Assembly: GCA_050014195.1 (NCBI GenBank)
Contig: JBEKDT010000007.1
Span: forward strand, 150,793-214,792
Source: Desulfomonilia bacterium
GTDB taxonomy: Bacteria > Desulfobacterota > Desulfomonilia > UBA1062
Direction: 5' to 3'
Length of the DNA stretch: 64,000 bases
Shown: positions 29,118-39,580 of the stretch, in pieces
Position numbering within the stretch: the first letter of the stretch is position 1
Layout: every line of letters begins with the position of its first letter
The notes under the pieces: generated by a model
The model's input: only the letters and a program-made list of their open reading frames with translations
Told to the model about the DNA's origin: nothing
Databases searched by the model: none
Made by a program: the position numbers and the translations under genes

Positions 29118-30983
29118 TCACTTTTCATAAAACGGCATCGTAATCTCATATGCCCCGCTTGAGAGGCTGGATTTCACAGGAAGGCCCGATTTCTCAAAGA
29201 CCTTCAACATGGACTTGTTCGATGCAAGCACATCTGCAGTAAACCCCTGAAGACCGCGTTCCTTTGCTACTCGTATGAGCATTTCCAAAAGATATGATGC
29301 GATCCCTATGCCTTGGTATTCTTCATCAACGACAAAGGCTACGTCTCCATAGGGACGGTTCCTGTCCTTGACAAAACGTGCTTCTGCAATAATGTGCTCC
29401 TGGTCCAGGGGACCCACTAAAGCCACGATGGACAAGATACGGTTGCAATCCACATTTACATACTGCTGCATCTTCGCATGGGGCATGGTCTTGATTGGGC
29501 TGAAGTAACGGTAATAAACGGCTTGGTCGGAGAAACGGTAAAAAAGGCGGCGCATCTCCTCTTCATCAGAAGGTTTAATGTGCCGGAACCTCACGTCGAT
29601 ACCGTTCTTGAAGGTATGCCGTGCATTGATATCCGAAGGATATAATGAAGCACATTGCGGCATGAATATCTGATCGGCGTAGAGGATGTTGTTCTTTTTG
29701 GCCTCTTCCACAAGCCGTTCTCTATCCTCAGGGTGAGCTATGTCGATAAGCGCCTGAGCTCGCTCTCTGACGGTTCTCCCCCGGAGATTGGCTACTCCGT
29801 ATTCGGTAACCACCATGTCTACGGACTCCCTTAAGCTCAGCAGGTTGGGGAATTCCTCGACCGACAGCAGGATATTGTGCTCTCCCTTGCGATTTCTGCT
29901 GGGCAGGGCAAAAATGGTGCAGCCTCCCTTTGAGAGTTCGGCTCCGTTGATGAAGTCCATAGCCTCTCCGGGTGTAGCTGCTACTGCGCCCTTTCCTATC
30001 TGCATGGCAATACGCCCTGAGATGTCCACCTTGCGGGCCGGTATGATGGCCATGAACTTCGGATTACGCCCGATCTGGACAGGGCTGAACACGAGGTCGA
30101 TACCCTGAAACTCCACGTGCGGGTTCTTGTCGAGCCAGCGCATAAGCTCTTTTGTGCCAAAGGCATATGATGCCAGCGATTTGCCGCGATAGATGCCCTT
30201 GTTGCGGTTGGTCACGGCACCACTCTTGATGAGATCCATGAGAGCATCGGTGAAGAACGGGCTGTGGACGCCAAGATTACGCTTTGCCGTAAGGTGTCTG
30301 CCCAAGGCTTCATAAATAGGACCGAGAGAAAAGGATATGCAACTTCCGTCTTCGATGACCGAAGCTATATTGGCGGCCACCTGATCGAACACATCGTCTA
30401 CCGGCCAACGTGCAAGATAGAGCGGGCTATCCTCGGATTTCACGAGATGGTCGAACTCGTCTATGTGAATGAATGTGTCTCCATAGGTATAGGGAACCTT
30501 ATCATTGATCTCGCCCACTACGAGCTTTGCTTGCTCTATGGCCTGCCGGGCGACATCCACGGATACACCGAGGCTCACAAACCCTGCCTCGTTCGGCGGG
30601 GTGACCTGGATGAATGCTGCATCGATGGGGAGCTGGCCTGACTCGATGAGGGCGGGTATCCGTGAAAACCTGCTTGGTATGAGGTCCACAAGACCCCCGG
30701 TGATGGCATCTCCGGCAACCCATCCTGAAAAGAAGGTTTTCAGCCTGAACTTTTGATTCTGCAGATCCTTCATGGTGATGAGGTCGCCCAGGCTCACAAG
30801 CTGAATAAGCTCGAGATCCTGCAGAGTCGGCAGATCAGAACTCATGAGGTACTTAACGAGCGTCCTGGGTTCGGCGACTCCGGTACCCAGGAAGATTTTC
30901 ATGCCGGGTTCGATCTTTTCCATGACCTCAGCCGGGGTTATGACTTTCTTGTGCCACTGCATTGTATGGATTCCTCTTGTCAT
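29118..30983 (-). CDS. Acetyl-CoA hydrolase/CoA-transferase fused to a C-terminal GNAT acetyltransferase
   Basis: DMVVTEYGVANLRG, LIDIAHP; GNAT motif YQGIGIAS. Confidence 0.88.
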   Translation of the reverse strand: MTRGIHTMQWHKKVITPAEVMEKIEPGMKIFLGTGVAEPRTLVKYLMSSDLPTLQDLELIQLVSLGDLITMKDLQNQKFRLKTFFSGWVAGDAITGGLVDLIPSRFSRIPALIESGQLPIDAAFIQVTPPNEAGFVSLGVSVDVARQAIEQAKLVVGEINDKVPYTYGDTFIHIDEFDHLVKSEDSPLYLARWPVDDVFDQVAANIASVIEDGSCISFSLGPIYEALGRHLTAKRNLGVHSPFFTDALMDLIKSGAVTNRNKGIYRGKSLASYAFGTKELMRWLDKNPHVEFQGIDLVFSPVQIGRNPKFMAIIPARKVDISGRIAMQIGKGAVAATPGEAMDFINGAELSKGGCTIFALPSRNRKGEHNILLSVEEFPNLLSLRESVDMVVTEYGVANLRGRTVRERAQALIDIAHPEDRERLVEEAKKNNILYADQIFMPQCASLYPSDINARHTFKNGIDVRFRHIKPSDEEEMRRLFYRFSDQAVYYRYFSPIKTMPHAKMQQYVNVDCNRILSIVALVGPLDQEHIIAEARFVKDRNRPYGDVAFVVDEEYQGIGIASYLLEMLIRVAKERGLQGFTADVLASNKSMLKVFEKSGLPVKSSLSSGAYEITMPFYEK

Positions 30984-31053
30984 GATATTAAACCTAATTC
31001 ACCTATAATGGCATCAGCATATTTTGAAAAGGGGTGAAAATAAATCTGCACAT

Positions 31054-31092
31054 AAAAAAGCCGCCGCCTCATTTTCAAGGATGAGGCGGCGG
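31054..31092 (-). terminator. Rho-independent terminator after hppA
   Basis: 12-bp stem CCGCCGCCTCAT/ATGAGGCGGCGG with T-run on the minus strand. Confidence 0.8.
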
Positions 31093-31118
31093 GTCCTGGT
31101 GACTGAGTTTTGTAAGAT

Positions 31119-33557
31119 TTACTTCTTGATCGAAACGCCGGTAATCCGCATACCGTAGAACGAACGGTATACGAAAATAAGGGCGATAACGAAGAACACA
31201 ACTGCAAGGCCGGTCCTGAGGCCGGTATTCGTCATGGTTACGGCGATTTCCGTAGCGAGAAGACCGAACAGTGTCGTGAACTTGATGACCGGGTTCAGAG
31301 ACACCGAAGAGGTATCTTTGAAAGGATCGCCTACCGTGTCTCCCACAACCGTTGCCTCATGCAGCGGGGTGTTCTTCTCTTTCAGGTCCACCTCGACGAT
31401 CTTCTTGGCATTATCCCAGCATCCGCCGGCATTTGCCATGAAGATTGCCTGGAAGAGCCCGAAGAAGGCGATGGCGATGAGGTAGCCCACGAAGAAGTAG
31501 GGGTTGAAGAAGGACAGACTCAGTGCCATGAAGAAGATGACCACAAAGATGTTGATCATACCCTTCTGGGCGTAGATCGTGCAGATCTTCACGACTTCCT
31601 TGCTGTCTTCAATGGAGGCCGTCTTGCTGAGATCAATCTTTTCCTTGATGTACACGACGGCGCGGTAAGATCCGGTTACAACGGCCTGGATGGAGGCGCC
31701 GGTAAACCAGTAGATCACGCAGCCGCCCATCAAAAGGCCGATAATGATTTCGGGCTGGATAAGACTTAATTTGGCAGCAACGTTGCCAAAGATACGCTCG
31801 AGCAGGATGATGATGCCGAACACCATGGTTGTGGCTCCTACGACTGCCGTTCCAATGAGCACCGGCTTGGCTGTTGCCTTAAAGGTGTTGCCCGCACCGT
31901 CGCAGGACTCGAGATAGTGCTTGGCATGCTCGAAGTCCGGTGTGAAGCCGAAGTCTTTCTTTATCTCTTCCTTGACGTTCGGCACTGACTCAATCATGGA
32001 GAGCTCGTAGATGGACTGGGCGTTGTCGGATACCGGGCCGAAGCTGTCCACCGCGATCGTCACCGGCCCCATGCCGAGGAAACCGAAGGCCACCAGACCG
32101 AAGGCAAACACTGGGGCTGCGAAGACGAACTCTGCAGGCATAAGTGCCATGATCGAAGCGTTCTTTGAAACCAGGTATGCGATCAGCATCAGCATCAGGA
32201 TGATCAACCCCTCCCAGAAGGCCGAGAAGTTACCGGCAACGAGGCCTGAGAGGATGTTCAGGGAAGCGCCGCCCTGGCGGGATGCATTCATGACCTCTTC
32301 ACAATGGCGGGATTTAGTGCTGGTGAATACCTTGGTGAATTCCGGGATCAGGGCGCCGGCGATGGTGCCGCAGCTGATGATCACGGAAAGGGCCCACCAC
32401 AGGTCACCGTATTTCACGGGGTCAAGGTCGCCAAGCAGGACATAGCTTGCACAAAAGGTTACGAAGATGGAAATAGCTGAGGTTATCCAAACTAGATTCG
32501 TTAAAGGATGTTCGAAGTCGAATTCGACCTTGCCTTTGAAGAGCGAAGTGCTCAAGGCTGTATTGAAGAAGTAGGAGACGAGTGAGGTCAGGATCATAAG
32601 GATACGCATTGCGAATATCCAGACGATCAGTTTGCCGCCCATTTCCTGATTGCCGAACAGTGCCAGGGCCAGGAAGGAGATGAGGGCAACACCGGTCACA
32701 CCGTAGGTTTCAAAGCCATCGGCCGTGGGGCCGACACTGTCGCCGGCATTGTCACCCGTACAGTCGGCGATAACACCGGGGTTTTTGGGGTCGTCCTCAG
32801 GGAGGTGAAACACGATCTTCATGAGGTCGGACCCGATGTCGGCGATCTTGGTGAAGATACCGCCGCAGATCCTCAGTGCGCTCGCACCCAGAGACTCGCC
32901 GATGGCGAACCCGATGAAGCAAGGCCCGGCAAGCTCTTTGGGGATATAGGCAAGGATCAGGATCATGAAGAAGAGCTCAACACTCACCAAGAGCAGGCCG
33001 ACGCTCATGCCTGAGCGGAGGCAGATGTTGACAATGTCAAGAGGTGCACCTTTCAGTGATGCAAAGGCCGCCCTTGAATTGGCAACGGTATTTATCCTGA
33101 TGCCGAACCAGGCAACACCGTAGGAGCCCATAATCCCTGCTATGGAACATATAAGGATAATGATGATGCTGGATGCTGGTGCGCCCTGGAGTCCATAGAA
33201 ATAATAAACGATACACGCTGCGATGAGTACCCACAGGCCCGCCAGGAACTTGCCCTGCTGTGCCAGATAGGTCTTACACGTTTCCCAAATGGTGTTGGAA
33301 ACGGAAAGCATGGAGGCGTGAGCCGGAAGGTTCTTGGTCTGTACATACTGCATGAGACCGAAGAGCAAACCGATGGCACATACCACCAACCCGATATTGA
33401 GAATTGTTAATCCACCGAGGGTGTTGCCTATGAATGCCACATTCGACAGATCAGGAAGCTTGATGTCCGCTTCCCCTGCAAAGGCAACAGGCACCATGGA
33501 GAACATAGCACCCATGGCCAACATGAAAGACCATAAACTAAGCTTTGCTTTACTCAT
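31119..33557 (-). CDS. hppA: Membrane-bound ion-translocating pyrophosphatase (K+-independent signature)
   Basis: GGIFTKIADIGSDL, DCTGDNAGD, GNTFKA, DTVGDPFKDT. Confidence 0.95.
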   Translation of the reverse strand: MSKAKLSLWSFMLAMGAMFSMVPVAFAGEADIKLPDLSNVAFIGNTLGGLTILNIGLVVCAIGLLFGLMQYVQTKNLPAHASMLSVSNTIWETCKTYLAQQGKFLAGLWVLIAACIVYYFYGLQGAPASSIIIILICSIAGIMGSYGVAWFGIRINTVANSRAAFASLKGAPLDIVNICLRSGMSVGLLLVSVELFFMILILAYIPKELAGPCFIGFAIGESLGASALRICGGIFTKIADIGSDLMKIVFHLPEDDPKNPGVIADCTGDNAGDSVGPTADGFETYGVTGVALISFLALALFGNQEMGGKLIVWIFAMRILMILTSLVSYFFNTALSTSLFKGKVEFDFEHPLTNLVWITSAISIFVTFCASYVLLGDLDPVKYGDLWWALSVIISCGTIAGALIPEFTKVFTSTKSRHCEEVMNASRQGGASLNILSGLVAGNFSAFWEGLIILMLMLIAYLVSKNASIMALMPAEFVFAAPVFAFGLVAFGFLGMGPVTIAVDSFGPVSDNAQSIYELSMIESVPNVKEEIKKDFGFTPDFEHAKHYLESCDGAGNTFKATAKPVLIGTAVVGATTMVFGIIILLERIFGNVAAKLSLIQPEIIIGLLMGGCVIYWFTGASIQAVVTGSYRAVVYIKEKIDLSKTASIEDSKEVVKICTIYAQKGMINIFVVIFFMALSLSFFNPYFFVGYLIAIAFFGLFQAIFMANAGGCWDNAKKIVEVDLKEKNTPLHEATVVGDTVGDPFKDTSSVSLNPVIKFTTLFGLLATEIAVTMTNTGLRTGLAVVFFVIALIFVYRSFYGMRITGVSIKK

Positions 33558-33893
33558 GTCTCATCTCCTTGTTTATTGGTCACTACATTGATACGCCCCT
33601 ATAACAGGCGCATTTCTATCCTACCTAGCTCCATTAAGATTATCTTATAATTATCTGATATATGCAGCATAAGCACATGTTCGTGCTTTGATAGACACTA
33701 CCCCTCTCCTCAATTCACTCTGCACCTTCATGAGTGAATCATCATTCAGCCCACGAAAAGGTACAATAGGTCTTGTTCACTGTCAAGGCTTTTTTTATGG
33801 CTGAGATGTAATCGATTCACAGAGTTATTCAAATAACTGTTTAATAAGAGAACAGTATTCCAGCATCAATAAAATCCGGTGCATGTCCTCAAA

Positions 33894-35132
33894 TCACTGT
33901 CTTAAATATTGCATGGTTCCGTCCTGGATGACAGCGACCTTGGCCTCGTTCGGGTAGTCTTTTCCTAGAATTGCAAGTACTTCCGGCCATGTCTTTACTG
34001 TTGTAGCATCATCAGGGTGGCAAATCAGATCGAGGCCTGTCCTATCGGGGTGAGGATTCAGAACAATGAGTTTTTTCATAAGGAGTTGAACGAACCCTAA
34101 AGAACGGTGGCTGTAGTGCCTTCCGCCATAGTCTGAACCCCAGGCCCTCATCACATAGTGGGGGACTTGTCCTTCGGGTGCATCGGAGATGAGCACGGCA
34201 GTGCCCTGGGCTCCGGGCTTGAGTGTCTGGAGCGCAAGGAGCAACGCGATGGCCGACTCGCTGGCCTTTGCGTAAGAATTGCATACAACAATGTCATAGC
34301 CTGTTGAAAAGGGTATTCCATAGTGATCTTTGGCTTCTTGGGCGCCTGCGGCATGGGTGGCCCGGAAGGTGCCTGTATAAAGATCGGTGATCTGCCCTTT
34401 GCGGTTAATGAGGCAGTCGAGTTTGAAATTGAGCCCTGCCATGTCGCCTGCAGCATCACATTCTGCACGCATGATATTGTTTTCAAAGTTACCAAGACCG
34501 GTCCGGCCCGGGTCTCGAAAAAGCTGGTTGTGAAACTGGTTGATGGTTTCGATCCCTGCCACACCCGGCATGATGAGTTTAGCCCCACCGCCGAATCCCA
34601 CATGAACATGAGCGGTTATGCACCCGATGCCAATCTTCAGGTCGCAGGCCATGAACTCCCGGTTAAACCAGACCTCCACGCCTGTGGGAGTCCTACCTGC
34701 CCGGATGGTGTTCTGAAAGGGGTCGTGGTTGTAAACGGCGTATTTTTCTACGATCTCATCTCCAAGTTTCTTCCTGGCATTGATCATGTCATAGGCGCCG
34801 TGCGAGCCGAGTGCCCATAAAAATCGGATTTGGTCCCGCTTCATGCCAGCCCCGTGGAGAATATCCAGGACAAACGGCGCAACATCCTTGACCGGGGTAG
34901 GCCTGGTCATATCGTCGAATACGATGACTGCCTGCTTCTTGGCGTGAGCGAGAGCTGTGAGGGTAGGGCCGTCAATGGGATGGTCGACCTTCTCCTTAAT
35001 CTGCTCTGAGGTGAGCCCGGGTTTGTCGAGACCGGGGGAGGTGAGGTTGGTCACATCCCACCTGGCCGGAAAAGTGAGCTCACGCTCGGCGTTTCCGTAC
35101 CAGAGGCGTGAGGGGACGGATATTTTCTTCAT
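33894..35132 (-). CDS. Lactate racemase (LarA)-domain protein
   Basis: DDMTRPTP, ALGSH, HVHVGFGGGAK. Confidence 0.85.
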   Translation of the reverse strand: MKKISVPSRLWYGNAERELTFPARWDVTNLTSPGLDKPGLTSEQIKEKVDHPIDGPTLTALAHAKKQAVIVFDDMTRPTPVKDVAPFVLDILHGAGMKRDQIRFLWALGSHGAYDMINARKKLGDEIVEKYAVYNHDPFQNTIRAGRTPTGVEVWFNREFMACDLKIGIGCITAHVHVGFGGGAKLIMPGVAGIETINQFHNQLFRDPGRTGLGNFENNIMRAECDAAGDMAGLNFKLDCLINRKGQITDLYTGTFRATHAAGAQEAKDHYGIPFSTGYDIVVCNSYAKASESAIALLLALQTLKPGAQGTAVLISDAPEGQVPHYVMRAWGSDYGGRHYSHRSLGFVQLLMKKLIVLNPHPDRTGLDLICHPDDATTVKTWPEVLAILGKDYPNEAKVAVIQDGTMQYLRQ

Positions 35133-35216
35133 GGCAGACCCCCATTCGTCTACGTGCTGCATAGAGAACCAGCACTTGAAAAACTTATCTTTTGCTGCAT
35201 CATCTCACAAAAATCA

Positions 35217-35984
35217 TCAGCCGGTAAGTCCGAGCTGGCTCGAGACCTGATGGGAAGTGAACTTAACGGCCTCGATAATGTCCTTATGGCGTTTTGCGAT
35301 GTTATCAGGATTGCCCGTGATAGCGAAGGCCGCGATGATCGCACCGGTGTGGTTGAAAATGGGCCCGCCGATGCCGGCCAGACCATTAATGGACTCCTGG
35401 TTGTCGAAGCTCACACCGGAAGTCCTGACCAGTTCGAGTTCTTCAAGGAAACGCTTACGCGTGGTAATGGTGTTGGGTGTCAGTTGTTCGAAGCGGTAAT
35501 CGGCAAGGAGGAGGTCCCTTTTGGCGGGATCCATATGGGCGATGAGCATCTTGCCGATGCATGTCGAGTGCATGGGGATTACCGAGCCTGCCTGAGGGAA
35601 TACCATATAACGGTTCTCCGGCTCGATGCGCATGACGATCGTGACCTTGTCGCCCACGAGCATTCCCAGGTTGACCGGCTCCATGAATTGGAAGCAGAGC
35701 CGCTCCATCCATGCCCGGCCGATGGTGACCAGGTCCATGTTGGTGGCACACTTCATCCCGAGTTGGAAGAGTTGGGGGCCGAGGCGGTACTTACTCGTGA
35801 AAGGGTCTTTCTCCAGGTAACCGATGGCCTCGAGTGTGGCCACAATGCTCGCAATGGTCGTCTTCGCAAGACCAAGCCGTTTGGAAAACTCGGTGATGCC
35901 GAGTGATTTCTTCTCATCGATGAACAAGGCCAAAATGTCTGAGGCCCGTTTGATGGATTGGATCAATCGCTTTCCCTGTTTCAT
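35217..35984 (-). CDS. IclR-family transcriptional regulator
   Basis: N-terminal HTH; HSTCIGKMLIA; GIGGPIF. Confidence 0.93.
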   Translation of the reverse strand: MKQGKRLIQSIKRASDILALFIDEKKSLGITEFSKRLGLAKTTIASIVATLEAIGYLEKDPFTSKYRLGPQLFQLGMKCATNMDLVTIGRAWMERLCFQFMEPVNLGMLVGDKVTIVMRIEPENRYMVFPQAGSVIPMHSTCIGKMLIAHMDPAKRDLLLADYRFEQLTPNTITTRKRFLEELELVRTSGVSFDNQESINGLAGIGGPIFNHTGAIIAAFAITGNPDNIAKRHKDIIEAVKFTSHQVSSQLGLTG

Positions 35985-36170
35985 ATGCTCACTACGTATG
36001 CGGGTTGTTTTAAAGAGTATAGCCCATGGTTAAAGAATGAGGAAGGTGATATTTTCTTTTCGGGCATGGATGCATGATGCTGTTTCATTGAAAATCTTCT
36101 CCATATCATACGCTTCAGTGGTTTTGCGATTGACATGAATGATGAAAAAAACGCAATATATCAGAACGAG

Positions 36171-36187
36171 GTACGACATTATCGAAC
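36171..36187. promoter_or_regulatory. Possible IclR operator downstream of a TTGACA -35 (36130)
   Basis: Near-palindrome GTACG-N7-CGAAC in the divergent intergenic region. Confidence 0.35.
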
Positions 36188-36357
36188 ACTGCCAAGGGTA
36201 AATATGCCGGCAATGAATACGAGATCGCTCTCAAAAGTAGTGCAGGAGAAGAATGAAGAGTATGATATAATAGTACTGATACAAGCACTAATGTATTTAA
36301 TAATTCGGTATATAACAGATGCCTTTGAAGGCACCTTAGTATGATGAAGGAGCTTAC

Positions 36358-37476
36358 ATGACGTTAATTCAGGAATTCCAGCGAGTATCTTCCGATCCCC
36401 ACGGCTATGCCCGGAAAATGAAGGGCCAAGGGAAAAAGTGCATTGGATATTTTTGCTCCTATACCCCGGAAGAGATTATCCATGCAGCAGGCATCCACCC
36501 GTTGAGGCTTTTCGGCGCAAAGGATGACACCAGCATTGCTGACAGGCATCTCCAGGCCTACTGCTGCTCTCTCGTAAGGGGTGCACTCGCAGATGTACTT
36601 TCCGGAAGGCTTAACTATCTTGACGGTGCGGTATTTCCCCATACATGCGATTCCATCCAGAGGTTGTCGGATATCTGGAGGCTGAACACGGCATTTCGTT
36701 TCTTTGCCGATATCGTGCTGCCGGTCAAGCTTACGACCGAAAGCTCCAGGCAGTATCTCGAGGATGTTCTCAGAAAATTCAAGGCCGATCTTGAAAAGGG
36801 TTTTTCCATCACCATCACCGATGATGACCTCGGAAAATCAATACACACGTACAATATCATCCGCTCATCACTGGAAACTCTTTATGAGATGCACTCGAAG
36901 GACACCTCGCTGTTAACCGGCAGCGATCTGAATGCCATTGTCCGGGCCTCCATGATCCTCGATCGGGGAAAGGCTGCTCAAATGCTGGAAGATCTCGTGC
37001 AAGGGCTCAAGGGGCCATTGCCCGAAACTAAAGTTTCAAGGAAAAGGGTCATGCTTGTGGGCAGTGTCTGCGACCAGCCGGATATATACGATTTACTCGA
37101 GCGTGCAGGGGCGGTGGTTGTATGGGACGATCTGTGCACAGGGTCGAGGTACTTTGAAGGGGCGATCAGCGAAGAGGGCGATCCCATGACGGCAATAGCC
37201 GATAGGTATTTTAGCCGGATTATCTGTCCGGCCAAGCATTCATCTATTACAGGCCGTGGTGAGAAACTCGTGAAATATTCACAGGGGCATAAAGTCCAAG
37301 GGGTTATCTTCCTCCAGCTCAAGTTCTGCGACCCACACAGCTTCGACTATCCTTATCTCAAGGAGTACCTCGATAAGGAGAACATACCCAGTATGTTGCT
37401 TGAGATCGAAGGCCAGCTCCCGCCCGAGGGACAGTTGCTGACACGGTTCGAGACCTTTGTACAGATGCTTTCATGA
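36358..37476 (+). CDS. 2-hydroxyacyl-CoA dehydratase / benzoyl-CoA reductase subunit (HgdB/BcrC-like)
   Basis: FCSYTPEEI, HTCDS, DDLCTGSRY, KFCDPH. Confidence 0.88.
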   Translation: MTLIQEFQRVSSDPHGYARKMKGQGKKCIGYFCSYTPEEIIHAAGIHPLRLFGAKDDTSIADRHLQAYCCSLVRGALADVLSGRLNYLDGAVFPHTCDSIQRLSDIWRLNTAFRFFADIVLPVKLTTESSRQYLEDVLRKFKADLEKGFSITITDDDLGKSIHTYNIIRSSLETLYEMHSKDTSLLTGSDLNAIVRASMILDRGKAAQMLEDLVQGLKGPLPETKVSRKRVMLVGSVCDQPDIYDLLERAGAVVVWDDLCTGSRYFEGAISEEGDPMTAIADRYFSRIICPAKHSSITGRGEKLVKYSQGHKVQGVIFLQLKFCDPHSFDYPYLKEYLDKENIPSMLLEIEGQLPPEGQLLTRFETFVQMLS

Positions 37477-37566
37477 GTGACTGGTGGATAGTGATTAGTG
37501 GCTGGTGAATTGTGACTAGCTTATATATAGGAGCGGCTTGAGCCGCGAGAGAGATGAGGTGAGATA

Positions 37567-38802
37567 ATGAGCACCCCCGATGCTGATAAGAAAATGAGGA
37601 AGTTCAGATCCGCCAAGCGGATGCGGGAGATCATGACCGAGTACTACATCGATGCCAAGTCGGCATCACAGACGGGAAAGAAGGTGGCCTGGATCACCAG
37701 CGGCGGGCCCGTTGAGCCACTCATTGTCATGGACGTGATACCGGTCTATCCCGAGAACTATGGTGCAATGATCGGGGCCTCCCACATGGGGAGCGATCTC
37801 TGTGAGAAAGCGGAGGCTCTGGGCTACAGCACCGACCTGTGCTCATACGCAAGGGCGGACATCGCCTGCGCCCGAGAGAACGGAGGGCCCATCGGCGGCC
37901 TGCCGAAGCCCGACATGCTCATCTGCTGCAACAACATCTGCGGGACCGTTCTCAAATGGTATGAGGTGCATGCCCGCTATTTCAATGTACCTCTCTTCAT
38001 CTTCGATACACCCTTCTGCCATACCGAGTTTCCGGAGGTGGCAAGGACATATGTGCGCAAGCAGCTCGATGAATACGTTGCGTTTCTCAAACAGACATGC
38101 GGAAAGCCCTTTGATACGGACAAGAGCATGGAAGTAGGGCGGCTTTCCATAGAAGGCCAGCGGCTCTGGCAGGCCGTGCTCGATACGGCAGCGCACAAGC
38201 CCGCCCCCATGACGGCTTTCGATGCCTTCTTCTTCCTGGCCCTCATCGTTACATTACGGGGGACAAAGACCGTTGTGGACTTCTATAAAGAGCTCCTTGC
38301 AGAGATGAATGAACGCGTCGAACAAGGTATCTGGGCGCTGCCGAACGAGAGATACAGGCTCCTCTGGGATAATCTGCCCGTGTGGTACCGTCTTAAATGG
38401 CTCTCGGATACGTTTGCATCTCATGACGCCTGCCTTGTGGCCGACACCTATACAACCGCCTGGTGCGGCTCAATGAAGTATATTGATGAGAACAACTTCT
38501 TTGACTCCATGGCTGAGGCCTACACCCGCATATACCTCAATATCGGCATTGACGAGATGGCAAAGACCATCTTTCAGATGATAGACAAGTACGAGGTCGA
38601 CGGCATGGTGATGCATTCCAACAGGAGCTGCAAACCGTATTCCTTCGGCCAGTATGATATCCAAAAGATGATCCAGGAGCAAAAGGGTATCCCGTGCATG
38701 ATGCTGGAGTCGCATATGGTGGATGAGCGGAGCTTTTCCGAAAGCCAGGCAAGTACGCGCATCGATGCATTCATGGAGATCATCAAACAGAGGAAGGGAT
38801 AA
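37567..38802 (+). CDS. 2-hydroxyacyl-CoA dehydratase / benzoyl-CoA reductase subunit (HgdA/BcrB-like)
   Basis: YPEN, DLCSY, CNNIC, RSCK, TRIDAF. Confidence 0.88.
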   Translation: MSTPDADKKMRKFRSAKRMREIMTEYYIDAKSASQTGKKVAWITSGGPVEPLIVMDVIPVYPENYGAMIGASHMGSDLCEKAEALGYSTDLCSYARADIACARENGGPIGGLPKPDMLICCNNICGTVLKWYEVHARYFNVPLFIFDTPFCHTEFPEVARTYVRKQLDEYVAFLKQTCGKPFDTDKSMEVGRLSIEGQRLWQAVLDTAAHKPAPMTAFDAFFFLALIVTLRGTKTVVDFYKELLAEMNERVEQGIWALPNERYRLLWDNLPVWYRLKWLSDTFASHDACLVADTYTTAWCGSMKYIDENNFFDSMAEAYTRIYLNIGIDEMAKTIFQMIDKYEVDGMVMHSNRSCKPYSFGQYDIQKMIQEQKGIPCMMLESHMVDERSFSESQASTRIDAFMEIIKQRKG

Positions 38803-38815
38803 AGGGGGTATCACT

Positions 38816-39580
38816 ATGGGTATGATCAGGTATGGACTCGAAGACAGGGTATTTGTTGTGACGGGCGGGAGCAGGGGAATCGGACTGGAATTAACAAAGG
38901 AGCTGATCAACCAGGGGGCCAAGGTCGCCATATGCGGCAGGAAGCAGGCGGCCCTGGATGCAGCCCTTGAAACCATTGATGCCGGAGAAAGGGTCATCGC
39001 GGTAAGCGCCCATATCGCCAGAGAAGAAGATGTTGATAAGATGTTCAATATGATAATCGCCAAGTTCAAAAGAGTCGATGCCCTCATTAACAACGTAGGA
39101 ATGAATCTCCTCACCCCTGATATCGCCGATACCGAGATTGCTATATGGCAAAAGATCATGGATACGAATCTGAACGGGACTTTCCTCTGCTCCAGGCGGG
39201 CTGCAAGAATTATGCGGGAGCAGAAAAAGGGTAAGATTGTAAGCATCTCATCCATTGCAGGCAGGAAGGCATCTCCTGCCATGGGTATATACGGCATTGC
39301 CAAGGCCGGGGTTGAGATGCTTACAAAAGTTTTGGCGGCTGAACTTGCCCAGTTCGGCATCCAGGTCAATGCCGTGGCGCCCTCCATGGTGAAAACCGAA
39401 TTCAGCAAGCCCTTCTGGTCGAATGACATCATCCATGATCAGATCGTCAAAGGTATCCCTTTAGGCCGTATTGCAGAGCCAAAAGATGTTGTACATCCGG
39501 TACTCTTTTTGGCATCCGATGCCGCGGATTTCATCACAGGACAGACCATTCTCGTGGACGGTGGAGCCACTGCAATCTAA
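38816..39580 (+). CDS. SDR family oxidoreductase
   Basis: TGGSRGIG, NNVG, YGIAK, VDGG. Confidence 0.93.
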   Translation: MGMIRYGLEDRVFVVTGGSRGIGLELTKELINQGAKVAICGRKQAALDAALETIDAGERVIAVSAHIAREEDVDKMFNMIIAKFKRVDALINNVGMNLLTPDIADTEIAIWQKIMDTNLNGTFLCSRRAARIMREQKKGKIVSISSIAGRKASPAMGIYGIAKAGVEMLTKVLAAELAQFGIQVNAVAPSMVKTEFSKPFWSNDIIHDQIVKGIPLGRIAEPKDVVHPVLFLASDAADFITGQTILVDGGATAI

